A program made the translations under genes and the position numbers. From Chthoniobacterales bacterium (GTDB taxonomy: Bacteria > Verrucomicrobiota > Verrucomicrobiia > Chthoniobacterales > Chthoniobacteraceae), in the NCBI GenBank assembly GCA_038228205.1, contig JBBRPL010000027.1:6572-70571 (forward strand): a DNA stretch of 64,000 bases, read 5' to 3'. The notes beneath the pieces were generated by a model. The model ran no database searches, was not told where the DNA came from, and saw only the letters and a list, made by a program, of their open reading frames with translations. Position 1 is the first letter of the stretch. The number at the start of each line of letters is the position of its first letter. Of this stretch, positions 52,601 to 61,571 are shown in pieces.

Positions 52601-52955
52601 CGGTGAAGAATCGCCAGCGGACGGCACCCGTCCCGGCGTCGAGAGCGTAAACCTGGTGATCCACCGATGACCCGAAATAAACGGCGTCGCCGGCGGCGAC
52701 CGTGTAAAACGCGTCATCGAACTTCATCTTGTGCGTCTCCGCGTTCGGCTGGGGATCGGGCCACGCAGGCTGGGGCGGCGCCGGCGAGCGGCAGACCCAT
52801 CGCTCGCTCAACGGGAGCGACAGCGATTCCGCCGTCACGCCGCTGCGGGCGTTGTCGTGCATATACGTCGGCCAGTCCCCTGCCCGCGCGGCGATACATG
52901 CAATCCAAAGAACGGCTACCGCTGGGCGCATGTATGGCATGGGCCTATGAATCAC
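49641..52955 (-). CDS. Secreted PQQ-like beta-propeller / methyltransferase-fold / propeller protein, paralog of 44934-49646
   Basis: DWPTYMHDNARS, ALDAGTGAVRW, RVIKPCGG, DAYNG..W, RPGCFIN..SSGCTC; GTGA overlap with the upstream gene. Confidence 0.8.
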   Translation of the reverse strand: MIHRPMPYMRPAVAVLWIACIAARAGDWPTYMHDNARSGVTAESLSLPLSERWVCRSPAPPQPAWPDPQPNAETHKMKFDDAFYTVAAGDAVYFGSSVDHQVYALDAGTGAVRWRFFTDGPVRLAPTVADGRVYAGSDDGKVYCLSAEDGHALWDFNAAPEPRRVIGNGQIISLWPVRTGVLVDGDRLFFGAGIFPYHSPTLNALNAKTGQSIPWKDHVDKDWIGLSPQGYLLRHSRGLVVPCGRSMPLFVDGETGKPIFKIDKQVGSDLHTSGASATGDYGVVVGDVVHVGSQNTAYGIDVTTGDLRSRWTQVHRLVASPESYYVFNLPPLPSALTKAGVAEFEGITALDRAKLDKMPVRAPAGIAPSVRWRSPRAGVVAIILAGDQLIAGCRGEVAILSASDGKELWKAKVDGDAVGLTVANGRLLVSTTHGVIHAFAFGPGTAAPVVAQVAADTSAAIRQTAEAIIRESGVRRGYALVSGPDAVALACEIARQTELRITCVERDPQQLLVSRNRVHATGLYGSRVTVQLGTADKIPYPDYAANLVVQLDPAGTMAAPAPEMLRVIKPCGGVLLSRSVELSQMPDAWKSEGVFSRAAGVSPQSPPWTKFVRGKLEGSGWWTHAFADAGGTGSSGDQRIKGNLSVLWFGEPGAGEAVERHQRAMSPLASNGRVFFQGWGFTERKNTIICFDAYNGLRYWEREIPGALRVRMSAVSGNLACDDDNLYVAAGSKCERLDAATGATKAIYEAPHGADGTDRTWGHIAVSNGILFGSTTSTDAAPNAQELRNGTVLGASNIGLRFSDAVFAFDVSSGQQLWIHRGKEIRDSTIVANGTRLFFAENRGPATLLPARSPDGGMFWHTPAAKGSGDNDAGTTVDRLGKVVKKVAPEPLIRRVLALEAATGKVAWEKDVDLTDCGVWGASASTREAAGFRELQALCKDDILMFAAEFNQHGGADREDLLRRKAVTLSTADGSPVWSKVVGNLNRPIILRGSLLAGNVLRDLHTGEPLEKYDARTSKNVPWTILNGGACGTPSASDSMVFYRKGSTAWRGVDDGAGAQFLGIRPGCFINILPVGGVVVQPEASSGCTCSYSIQCTITFSPAL

Positions 52956-55900
52956 TTTTGGCTGAATGCGTCCACCAGTTGGATTTCAAAGCGGTTCGAC
53001 GGCTTGCTGAAGGTGCCCCCCGGCTTTGGAGGTTTCGCCGGAGCCGGTGAATACGTCACCCACAAGTAGAGCTTCATCGCGGGCCGTAGATTGTTGATCA
53101 GACCGCCGGGCGTTTTCATCCGGCCCATCAGCACGGCGCCGCGTCCGTCGGGATACGCGGAGACCCAGACTTGATATTCCGCGGCGTCGGACGCCTCCGT
53201 GAATTGCACGTGGCAGCGCGTCCCGTCGTAACCCCAGTCGGGCATCTTGACGCCTTCCAGTTTGACCGGCGCCAATTCCCCTTCGCCCTGCATTTTTGTG
53301 ATGGGATTTGCCAGGGCGACCTCGCCGCGCACCTTGGGTGGGCGCAATTGATTCAAGGCGACCGCCTTTTCCGAGCCATCGAAGGGGGTTTCGTATTCGG
53401 CGACGAGTTCGCCGAGCAGCACGTCGGCGGGATTCGCGGGCTGCACATCATTCACGTAGAGAACGTGCGTGCGACGCTCGACGATGATGCTCTCGAGGCG
53501 CAACGGGAGATCCACAATGCCATCGCCGCCGCTGCTGCCCCACCACGTCGTCCCGAATTCGCGAAACGAATCCCACTCGGTGTGTCCCGGCAGTTCGAAG
53601 CGCACGTAACGCCATCCATCGAAATTGAACGCGGACCAACCATGGACGTCGTTGCAGTTCCACTGATCCTTCGTACCCGCGCTCATCCAGCGCTCGCCCT
53701 TCGCGTCGCGCAGGCAATACACGACGCGTCCGCAGTCGCTCGAGGCTTTCACCCACAGGCCGAGTGCGGCTGGCTTTCCGGTGATGACGAGGGGTTTCTT
53801 CGGTTTCAACACGGAATACCACGGCATGAGTTTCCTCTCCTTCTCCTGCGGCAGAAGATGGATGCCGAGGAAGCTTCCCTTGCGTTCGTCATCACCGGTC
53901 ACCTTCGCGCTCATGTGCCCGAGATAGGATTTCGTGTCGAAGCAGTTGTTCTCGTAGGCCGTGTCACGCTCTTCGTTGAGAGTCCACGTGCCGTCCCCGA
54001 GATTCGCGATGGTCGTTTCTTTTCCGACCGGGGCGGGGTGCTTCGCCGGCCCCGTCTGCCACGTCTCCTGGTTGCGGCCGCGCGACCACTCGACGCCATC
54101 CGTCTGGTCCGGCGCGCCGAGGCTGATGGACTGCACTTCACCCGCGCCGGTAATATAGATCGGCGACGTGCCGATGGTCACCGATACCGCTTGATTGGCG
54201 GACTTCAGAATGGTCGCGTTGTCCATGCTGTCGGTCACGGTCACCGGGCCGTCCTTTTCGAGCGTCAGCGTGGCGGTGCGTTTGCCACGAATGCCCCAGA
54301 GCGAATAGATGGAACCGACCTCGGGCTTGTTGAATTTCAGCGCGTAGGAAGTCATCGACCCGGTCGGCACCCACTTGTCAAACTTCGAGCGCTCGAGCAT
54401 TCGCGTCATCGTCGCGTAATGCGCATAGGCCGGTTTGGGGTCCGAGTACGGAATGCGGCGGAAAATGCCGCAGCCGCCGTAGTGTTCGGAGCCGTAGTAG
54501 TTGCCGCAGTCGTGCGAAAACCAGCCGGAGTAGAAATACTCCACGCCGTAGGCGAGCGAGAGCAGCGTCCAGCGATGATAGCGTTCCGCCTGTTCTTCCC
54601 AGGTACATGCGCCCGGTTCGGTGGGCACGAAGGTGCCCTCGATGTAGGCCAGCGTCGGATTCGGCATTCCAAACTTCCTGTATTCCTCGCGCAATTCGTA
54701 GAGCCGGTGGGTGCTCATCTGGTAGAGCTGCTGCTCGGGCAACCGCTCGAACCCGATCATGTCCAGCCCGCTGCCATCGATGAGGTTTTTCGGAAAACCC
54801 GCGCGGAGGATCGGCGCGACAAAAAGCGGATCGCCCCACGGGATGAGGATTTTCGTCTTCGGCCAGGCGGCGCGCACCCCTTCCGCGGCGGATCGCGCGG
54901 TGTTCGAGAACGTCAGGAGGCTTTGCTTTTCCTCGGCATTGAGGGCATACGGCGGCTCACCCCAATACTCGGGCAGATTGCCGGCTGTCAGATCACGCGA
55001 GATGTGGGGCTCGGCAAAAAAGGTGACGAGATCCGGATTATCTCCCTGCACCTTGCGCAAGGCCTCGACGGCGGTCGTCTTATAGGCTTCGTAGCGCGCC
55101 GGGTCGGGTTTTTCCTCGGCAGCCCAGTCGCGTTGCGGCGCAACCGCCCAGGCATTCGGGCCGCTCTTCCATTTCCATTCGGCAAACAATTTACCCTCGG
55201 GCGTGTCCGCCTTCGGGTTGCTCAAGGTGCCGCGGGCGCCCGCGGCGTGCATGAGGTTCATGATTTCAGGCGCCGGCGGCGTGTAATGCCCGCCGTGATA
55301 GGACCAATAACCGAACATCGGCCCCGCACCTTCCTCGAAAAATGGCGCGCGCGTGTCCTTCGCCAGGCGGACAAAATTCCGCTTTTCCGTCCAGGAGTGC
55401 TCGCCGTCGTTCATCGTCACGGTCATCTCGTGCCAGCCATTCTTTTTCACGGGAACAGTCACCGGCAGCTTTCCCGGTTTTCCCGCGAGGAGATTGAGGG
55501 ACTTGGTTTGCTTGGTCGTTTCCTCGCCATCATGGCTCTTCGTCTCGATGAGGACGGAAACGGTGCGGTTCGCCGCGGCGTGGTTCTCGAATCCGATCGT
55601 ATAGCCAGGCACCGCGGGCGTCGTCCACACATGGCCGATCGCCGTGGGTTCCAGCGCCATCGTCACCTCGGCGCGATGCAGGGTCAGCGCATAGACATGC
55701 ACCCCGCTCGGCAGCCCGGCGCCGTGCCAGCCATAGAGAATCGGATCAGGATAGGTGCGGTACTGATGCAGGCGCTTCGTCAATTCCAGATCGAGCGTCT
55801 CCATGTCGGAGAAGCTCGCGAGCAGCGCGGGATCAAGCGGCATACGGACGAGCCAGAGATTCGCGGAAGTGCCGTTGTCGAACCGGACGGGCAATGGCCG

Positions 55901-57109
55901 GGCGTCGGTGACCGGCTTGCCGGTGGCCGCCGGCACCGTGCATTCAAATCCCTGCGCAAAGCCGGCGCCCGGGCGGTAAAACATCGCGTTCATTTCCGGA
56001 ATGCGATTTTCCCCGCCATCGAACGCGGCCACCACGTAGAGCGCGTCATAGCGGGCGTTCGGGATGCGCAGTTGGATGCGCGCCGGGTCCACCCAAAACG
56101 CGCCCGCAAAACGGTGTTCGCCCGACTGAATATAGCCCTCCATATTCGCCTGGCGAAGCACGCTGCGGCCCACGTCGATGTGGTCGGGCGCATTTTTCCC
56201 TTCGCGCGCGGTAAAGGAAAACGGGACGCCTTCCACGAGCACAGTCTTGCCGAAGGGCAGCGCCTCCGGCGCGACGGCGGCGCCCTTCAAGAGCGCGCGG
56301 TCATGGACGTAGCCATCGAGCGGGATCACGTCGAAACCCGGTTCCGCGGGCGGCAGGGAATGCACGGACAATTCCGCAAGCCTGATCCCCGGTTGCAGCG
56401 CAAGGCGCACGACGCCGCTGGTCTTCAGCGTGGGGTCATGGCGATCGACGAACAGGCGATCATCCACCCAGATCCGCACGTTCTCTTTCGTGAGCCGGTA
56501 GCGGATATGAACCCATTTGTCCTGGCACAGCGGCAGCCCGGCCATGTCGCGTTCGATGGGCACGCGGACGGACTCGTCCCAAGTTGGAAGGATGCGATCG
56601 TAGGCGCGCAGTTTGTAGGCGGCTCCAGTAGCGAGCGCGCTGAGCGAAATCCCCCCGTCGTAGGTGCCATTGACCGAGACGGGCAGACCGCGGCTCGCGG
56701 CATCCGCGGGATCTCTCGCCGGGATGAGGATGAAAGACGAGGCCGGCTTGTCCGCCGTTGGAGCCAATCGCACGCGACAATCGATCTCCACCTCCCCGAA
56801 CACCGTGCGTCCCTCCAACGTGAGGGGCCGAGACCCGCAAACGAGGACTGGTCGCCCCAGCAGAGTATCCTCTTCCACAGAATACGGCCCGCCCTCCTTT
56901 ACGGTGGCGCCGGCAATGATCGACCAATTGACGTCCGGATGCTCTCCGAGCACCGTCGCCGGAAGTCCCGTCGTCGCACCCGCAGCAGGCTTCCACCAAC
57001 CGGCGGGCGCCGGGCCTGCCGATGGCTTCGCGGGACTCGCTGCGAAGGAACTGGTGAAGGAGACGCACCAGAGTGCGAGGGCGATGCTGGGAATGGGGGG
57101 GATTCTCAT
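52952..57109 (-). CDS. Large secreted multidomain protein, putative GH-A-clan-like hydrolase; paralog of 32414-36514
   Basis: ATG 57109 followed by a signal peptide; FFAEP, YIEG, PKPAYAHYATMTR, RDAKGERW, YDGTRCHV. Confidence 0.7.
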   Translation of the reverse strand: MRIPPIPSIALALWCVSFTSSFAASPAKPSAGPAPAGWWKPAAGATTGLPATVLGEHPDVNWSIIAGATVKEGGPYSVEEDTLLGRPVLVCGSRPLTLEGRTVFGEVEIDCRVRLAPTADKPASSFILIPARDPADAASRGLPVSVNGTYDGGISLSALATGAAYKLRAYDRILPTWDESVRVPIERDMAGLPLCQDKWVHIRYRLTKENVRIWVDDRLFVDRHDPTLKTSGVVRLALQPGIRLAELSVHSLPPAEPGFDVIPLDGYVHDRALLKGAAVAPEALPFGKTVLVEGVPFSFTAREGKNAPDHIDVGRSVLRQANMEGYIQSGEHRFAGAFWVDPARIQLRIPNARYDALYVVAAFDGGENRIPEMNAMFYRPGAGFAQGFECTVPAATGKPVTDARPLPVRFDNGTSANLWLVRMPLDPALLASFSDMETLDLELTKRLHQYRTYPDPILYGWHGAGLPSGVHVYALTLHRAEVTMALEPTAIGHVWTTPAVPGYTIGFENHAAANRTVSVLIETKSHDGEETTKQTKSLNLLAGKPGKLPVTVPVKKNGWHEMTVTMNDGEHSWTEKRNFVRLAKDTRAPFFEEGAGPMFGYWSYHGGHYTPPAPEIMNLMHAAGARGTLSNPKADTPEGKLFAEWKWKSGPNAWAVAPQRDWAAEEKPDPARYEAYKTTAVEALRKVQGDNPDLVTFFAEPHISRDLTAGNLPEYWGEPPYALNAEEKQSLLTFSNTARSAAEGVRAAWPKTKILIPWGDPLFVAPILRAGFPKNLIDGSGLDMIGFERLPEQQLYQMSTHRLYELREEYRKFGMPNPTLAYIEGTFVPTEPGACTWEEQAERYHRWTLLSLAYGVEYFYSGWFSHDCGNYYGSEHYGGCGIFRRIPYSDPKPAYAHYATMTRMLERSKFDKWVPTGSMTSYALKFNKPEVGSIYSLWGIRGKRTATLTLEKDGPVTVTDSMDNATILKSANQAVSVTIGTSPIYITGAGEVQSISLGAPDQTDGVEWSRGRNQETWQTGPAKHPAPVGKETTIANLGDGTWTLNEERDTAYENNCFDTKSYLGHMSAKVTGDDERKGSFLGIHLLPQEKERKLMPWYSVLKPKKPLVITGKPAALGLWVKASSDCGRVVYCLRDAKGERWMSAGTKDQWNCNDVHGWSAFNFDGWRYVRFELPGHTEWDSFREFGTTWWGSSGGDGIVDLPLRLESIIVERRTHVLYVNDVQPANPADVLLGELVAEYETPFDGSEKAVALNQLRPPKVRGEVALANPITKMQGEGELAPVKLEGVKMPDWGYDGTRCHVQFTEASDAAEYQVWVSAYPDGRGAVLMGRMKTPGGLINNLRPAMKLYLWVTYSPAPAKPPKPGGTFSKPSNRFEIQLVDAFSQK

Positions 57110-57385
57110 GGATGGATTTTCGCTCAGGGGACCGATGGCCCAGAGGCTGATGGTTAAAACCACGCCCGGCGCGCAAGCTTGGGAAGACTTCGCATTTGCC
57201 GGGCGCGGTTCATCGGGGGGACGGGGCTGGCCTGTTTGGAGAAAACAGGCAAACCGCCGGCTTCCAAGCAAAATCCCCATGGACAGCCCTCAGTGCCTGG
57301 ATTCGACAGCGAGCACACCAAACGATACTGAAAGCGTTTATCTAAGACTGTGGCACCATTGAGATCGTCCTCCATAACACGCGCC

Positions 57386-60067
57386 ATGCCCCCCTGTTCA
57401 CGCCTCGCGAAACTTCTGTGGCTCTTGTTGGCCCCCGGTTTCGCAGGGGCCGCGGAGTTGGCTGCGCCCTCGCCGGAATTGAGCTTCGAGCGCGATGTCC
57501 GTCCCATCCTCAAGAAAAACTGCTTCCAGTGCCACGGTGAGGGCGAAAAGCTCAAGGGCGGACTGGATCTGAGGCTGCGGAGATTCATGGTCATGCCGGA
57601 TGGGGACGGGCACTTTCCGGTGGTCGCCGGTAAACCTTCGGAAAGCGAACTGATCCTTCTCCTCCGGGAGGGAGAAATGCCGAAAAAGGCGAAGCCTCTC
57701 GCCCCCGCCCAGATTGCCATTTTGGAGCGATGGGTCGCGCAAGGCGCCAAGACGCTCCGCCCCGAGCCGGAGCAGGTGCCGAAAGTCTGGATCACGGAGG
57801 TCGAGCGCGAGTTCTGGGCCTTTCAGCCGTTGCAGACCTCAGGCGCGCCCTCGCCAAAGAACTCCTCGCGGGTCCGCACCCCCATTGACGCCTTTCTGCT
57901 CACAAAGCTGGAAGAAAAAGGGCTCACGTTCGCCCCGGACGCCGACCCGCAAACGCTGTTGCGGCGTCTCTCGATCGACCTGACGGGCCTTCCCCCTACC
58001 CCGGACGAAATTGATCTTTTTCTCAAGGACACAGCGCCGAATTCCTACGAGCGCATGGTCGATCGCCTGCTGGACTCGCCCCACTATGGCGAGCGCTGGG
58101 GCCGCCATTGGCTCGACGTGGCGGGGTATGCGGATTCCGACGGATACGTGGACCTCGATACCCCGCGCCCCTGGGCCTATAAATATCGCGACTATGTCAT
58201 CCGCGCCTTCAATGCGGACAAGCCGTTCGATCAGTTCATCCAGGAGCAATTGGCGGGAGATGAAATGGTGAAGCAGCCTTTCAAGGACCTCACTCCCGAC
58301 GAAATTGAAAAACTGACGGCGACTGGATTCCTGCGCACGGTCCCGGACGGGACGACGACGGTCCCGCTCGAAGATCGGATCGTCGCGCGCAACGCGGTAG
58401 TCTCGGAGACGATCAAGGTCGTGTCCTCGGCCCTGTTAGGGATGACCGTCGGATGCGCGCAATGCCACGATCATCGGCTCGACCCGATTCCCCAGGTGGA
58501 TTACTATCGGATGCGCGCGATTTTTGAGCCGGCGTTGAGCCCCGAGCGATGGAAGAGCGTCCTGGGGCGCAATGTCTCCACGCTCAGCGAGGCGGACCGG
58601 GCCCTCACCTTGCAGATCGAAAAGGAGGCGGCTGCCCTGGGCGCGGAGCGCGGGCGCATTCAGACGAAACTGCTGCATGACGCCGTGACCAAGGAACTGG
58701 AAAAAGTCCCGGAGGAACTGCGCGCGGCCGTCCGCGAAGCCCACAGCATTCCCTTCAACCGGCGCAATCTGCAGCAGTCGGAATTGATGACTGCCTACCC
58801 GCAGTTCAAGGAACTCTCGGTCGCCTCGCTCATCAAGGACACCGAGATCGGCAAGGAACTGCAAAAGCTGACCGACAAAGCCACGGATGTCCGCAGTCAC
58901 AAGCCGGTGGAGGAGTTCGTCTCGGCCCTGACCGAGCCGATCGTGCCGGCGTCTCCCGTCAAGCCTTTGACCAGTGCGGTGCCGGACACGTTCCTCTTCC
59001 ATCGTGGCGAACCGACGCAACCGCGGGAGAAAGTGACGCCTGGTGAACTCGCGGTCCTGGCCGGCTTCCGCCAGACGGAGATTCCCGAAAAGGACCCGGC
59101 GCTGGCCACCACCGGCCGCCGGCTGGCCTTTGCCAGGAACCTCACCGACGGAGCGCACCCGCTCGCCACGCGCGTGCTGGTCAATCGCGTCTGGCACCAC
59201 CACTTCGGCCGGGGCCTGGTGGCTTCGCTTTCGGATTTTGGATCCATCGGTGATCGGCCCAGCCACCCGGAACTTCTCGATTGGCTGGCCAGGGATTTTG
59301 TCGCCGAGGGCTGGAGTATGAAAAAGCTGCACCGGCTGATCGTGTGTTCCACCGCCTACCGGCAGAGCGCCGTGCGCGAACCCGCCAAGGATCAGGCAGA
59401 TCCGGAGAATCGCCTCCTCGGCCGCATGAACGTGCGCCGACTGGAAGCGGAGGTGATTCGCGACGGGATGCTGGCGATCAGCGGCAAGCTGAATCCGAAG
59501 ATGTTCGGCCCGCCGGTGCCGGTCCTGGTGACGGATGACGGGCAGATCGTGGAGGGGGTCGATACCAATGATGGCGCGGGGCGTTCCACCGGAAAGTTCG
59601 TGCCCCTGAATGGCGAGGAATTCCGCCGCAGTGTCTATGTGCAGGAGCGCCGCAGCCGTCCGCTGGGTATGCTGGAGACCTTCGATCTGCCGCGCATGGA
59701 GCCCAATTGCGAACTGCGCAACGCCTCCACGGTCGCCCCGCAATCCCTCGCGATGATGAATGGCGAGTTCACGCTGACGCAGGCGAAGTTCCTGGCCGAC
59801 CGGGTGGCCCGGGAAGCCGGCCCCGACCTGGAGGCACAGGTGAAGCGCGCGTGGTTGCTCACGCTGGCCGCCGAACCGGCGCCGGAAAAAGTGCAGCGGG
59901 GGGTGGAGTTTCTAAAAGCGCAGATGGCGCATTTCGTGGCGCATCCCACGACGCCGGAACCACCGGACAAACGCAAGGAACCCGCGCCCGACCAGCCGGC
60001 CGCGCAGGCGCTGACCAACTTCTGCCAGGCGCTGCTCACGGCGAACGGCTTTCTCTACGTCGACTAA
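57386..60067 (+). CDS. Planctomycete-type cytochrome c + DUF1549 + DUF1553 protein
   Basis: CFQCH and CAQCH; PIDAF, DLTGLPP, YGERWGRHWLD, PSHPELLDWLA, RRLEAE.IRD, PQSL. Confidence 0.92.
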   Translation: MPPCSRLAKLLWLLLAPGFAGAAELAAPSPELSFERDVRPILKKNCFQCHGEGEKLKGGLDLRLRRFMVMPDGDGHFPVVAGKPSESELILLLREGEMPKKAKPLAPAQIAILERWVAQGAKTLRPEPEQVPKVWITEVEREFWAFQPLQTSGAPSPKNSSRVRTPIDAFLLTKLEEKGLTFAPDADPQTLLRRLSIDLTGLPPTPDEIDLFLKDTAPNSYERMVDRLLDSPHYGERWGRHWLDVAGYADSDGYVDLDTPRPWAYKYRDYVIRAFNADKPFDQFIQEQLAGDEMVKQPFKDLTPDEIEKLTATGFLRTVPDGTTTVPLEDRIVARNAVVSETIKVVSSALLGMTVGCAQCHDHRLDPIPQVDYYRMRAIFEPALSPERWKSVLGRNVSTLSEADRALTLQIEKEAAALGAERGRIQTKLLHDAVTKELEKVPEELRAAVREAHSIPFNRRNLQQSELMTAYPQFKELSVASLIKDTEIGKELQKLTDKATDVRSHKPVEEFVSALTEPIVPASPVKPLTSAVPDTFLFHRGEPTQPREKVTPGELAVLAGFRQTEIPEKDPALATTGRRLAFARNLTDGAHPLATRVLVNRVWHHHFGRGLVASLSDFGSIGDRPSHPELLDWLARDFVAEGWSMKKLHRLIVCSTAYRQSAVREPAKDQADPENRLLGRMNVRRLEAEVIRDGMLAISGKLNPKMFGPPVPVLVTDDGQIVEGVDTNDGAGRSTGKFVPLNGEEFRRSVYVQERRSRPLGMLETFDLPRMEPNCELRNASTVAPQSLAMMNGEFTLTQAKFLADRVAREAGPDLEAQVKRAWLLTLAAEPAPEKVQRGVEFLKAQMAHFVAHPTTPEPPDKRKEPAPDQPAAQALTNFCQALLTANGFLYVD

Positions 60068-60085
60068 ACCCTGCTCTCGCATCCG

Positions 60086-61519
60086 ATGAATCCCTGCTAC
60101 TCCCGCCGCCACTTTCTGACGAGCAGCGCCTTTAACCTCGGCGCCTTCGGGCTGGCCTATCTCATGAAGCGGGACGGCCTGCTGGGCGCCGGACCGATGG
60201 CCGAACCGACGCATTTTGATCTGCTGCCGAAGAAGCCGCACTTCGCGCCGAAGGCCAGGGCGATGATCTCCATGTTCATGCAGGGCGGCCCGAGCCAGGT
60301 GGACCTTTTCGATCCCAAGCCGGAGCTGACGCGCGGGGACGGCAAGGAATTTCCCGGCACGGTCAAGTACGACGATATCGCCAATGCCAGCCGCAAAATG
60401 TTTGGCTCGCCTTGGAAATTCGAAAAGCATGGAGCGAGCGGCATCGAGGTCAGCGAGTTGCTGCCCGGCTTCGCGGATATCGTGGACGACGTGACGCTGA
60501 TTCGTGGCATGCAGAGCGGGGTCAACAATCACGGCCAGGCCGTCTATGCGCTGCAAAACGGGCGCACCGTGGGCGGGCGCCCATCGGTCGGGAGCTGGCT
60601 ATCCTACGCGCTCGGCTCCGAGTCGCAGGAGCTTCCCGCATTCGTTGCCCTGACCGATCCGCGCAACCTCCCCGTCGGCGGCGTCGAGCACTGGACCAAT
60701 GGCTGGCTGCCTTCGATTTACCAGGGGACCGCCGTCCGCGCGCGTGAACCGCGCATCTTGAATCTCGACGCCGCGCCCTATCTCAAAGGCGAGGCGCAGG
60801 AAAACTATCTCTCCTACCTGAAGGATCTGAACGGCGATCACCTGGCCGCCCACCCAGGAGAGACGGACCTGGAAGCGCGAATCGCCAGCTATGAACTCGC
60901 CGCCCGCATGCAAATCGCCGCGCGGGAAGCGCTCGACATCAGCAAGGAAAGTGCGGCAACGAAGAGACTCTACGGGATCGACGATCCCGCGACCGCCGAG
61001 TTTGGGACCCGCTGCCTGATCGCGCGGCGCCTGGTGGAGCGCGGTGTTCGCTTCGTGCAACTTTATTCCGCCAGCCAGGCGTGGGACCACCATTCGCTCA
61101 TTCGCGCGAAGTTGCCCGCCGCATGCAGATACGTCGATCGCCCGGCAGCCGGCCTCGTGCAGGATTTAAAACAGCGAGGGCTGCTCGACAGCACCGTGGT
61201 GCATTGGGGCGGAGAGATGGGGCGCCTGCCGCTCATGGAGTTCGACGCCGGTCCGGCGAAAGTCGGTCGTGACCACAACACCCATGGATTTTCCATGTGG
61301 GTCGCGGGTGGCGGCTTCCAGCGCGGGATGACCTACGGCGAGACGGATGAGTTCGGCCACAAGGCCGTGAAGGACATCGTGAACCATCACGATTACCATG
61401 CCACGCTGCTGCACCTCTTCGGCCTCGACCACGAGAAGCTAACCTTCCGGCGCAATAACATGGAAATGTCGCTGACCGATGGGCAGGGTGGACGCGTGGT
61501 GAAAGAAATCCTGGCGTAA
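60086..61519 (+). CDS. DUF1501 protein (Tat-exported, sulfatase-like fold)
   Basis: SRRHFL; GGPSQVDLFDPKP, ARRLVERGVRFV, WDHH, GEMGR, GRDHN. Confidence 0.92.
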   Translation: MNPCYSRRHFLTSSAFNLGAFGLAYLMKRDGLLGAGPMAEPTHFDLLPKKPHFAPKARAMISMFMQGGPSQVDLFDPKPELTRGDGKEFPGTVKYDDIANASRKMFGSPWKFEKHGASGIEVSELLPGFADIVDDVTLIRGMQSGVNNHGQAVYALQNGRTVGGRPSVGSWLSYALGSESQELPAFVALTDPRNLPVGGVEHWTNGWLPSIYQGTAVRAREPRILNLDAAPYLKGEAQENYLSYLKDLNGDHLAAHPGETDLEARIASYELAARMQIAAREALDISKESAATKRLYGIDDPATAEFGTRCLIARRLVERGVRFVQLYSASQAWDHHSLIRAKLPAACRYVDRPAAGLVQDLKQRGLLDSTVVHWGGEMGRLPLMEFDAGPAKVGRDHNTHGFSMWVAGGGFQRGMTYGETDEFGHKAVKDIVNHHDYHATLLHLFGLDHEKLTFRRNNMEMSLTDGQGGRVVKEILA

Positions 61520-61571
61520 AAGGGACGCGATTTCGGATTGTCTTTGGCTGCGGAACGGGCAACGAGAACGG

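Noticed and set aside
44934-52955. Calling the propeller proteins BamB or a methanol/alcohol dehydrogenase
   Set aside because: Size and architecture differ, and canonical PQQ-dehydrogenase active-site motifs were not identifiable
53171-57157. 1328-aa + strand ORF, and similar long antisense ORFs such as 42349-44544 and 47022-48614
   Set aside because: Stop-free mirror frames are expected from GC-rich codon bias opposite real genes
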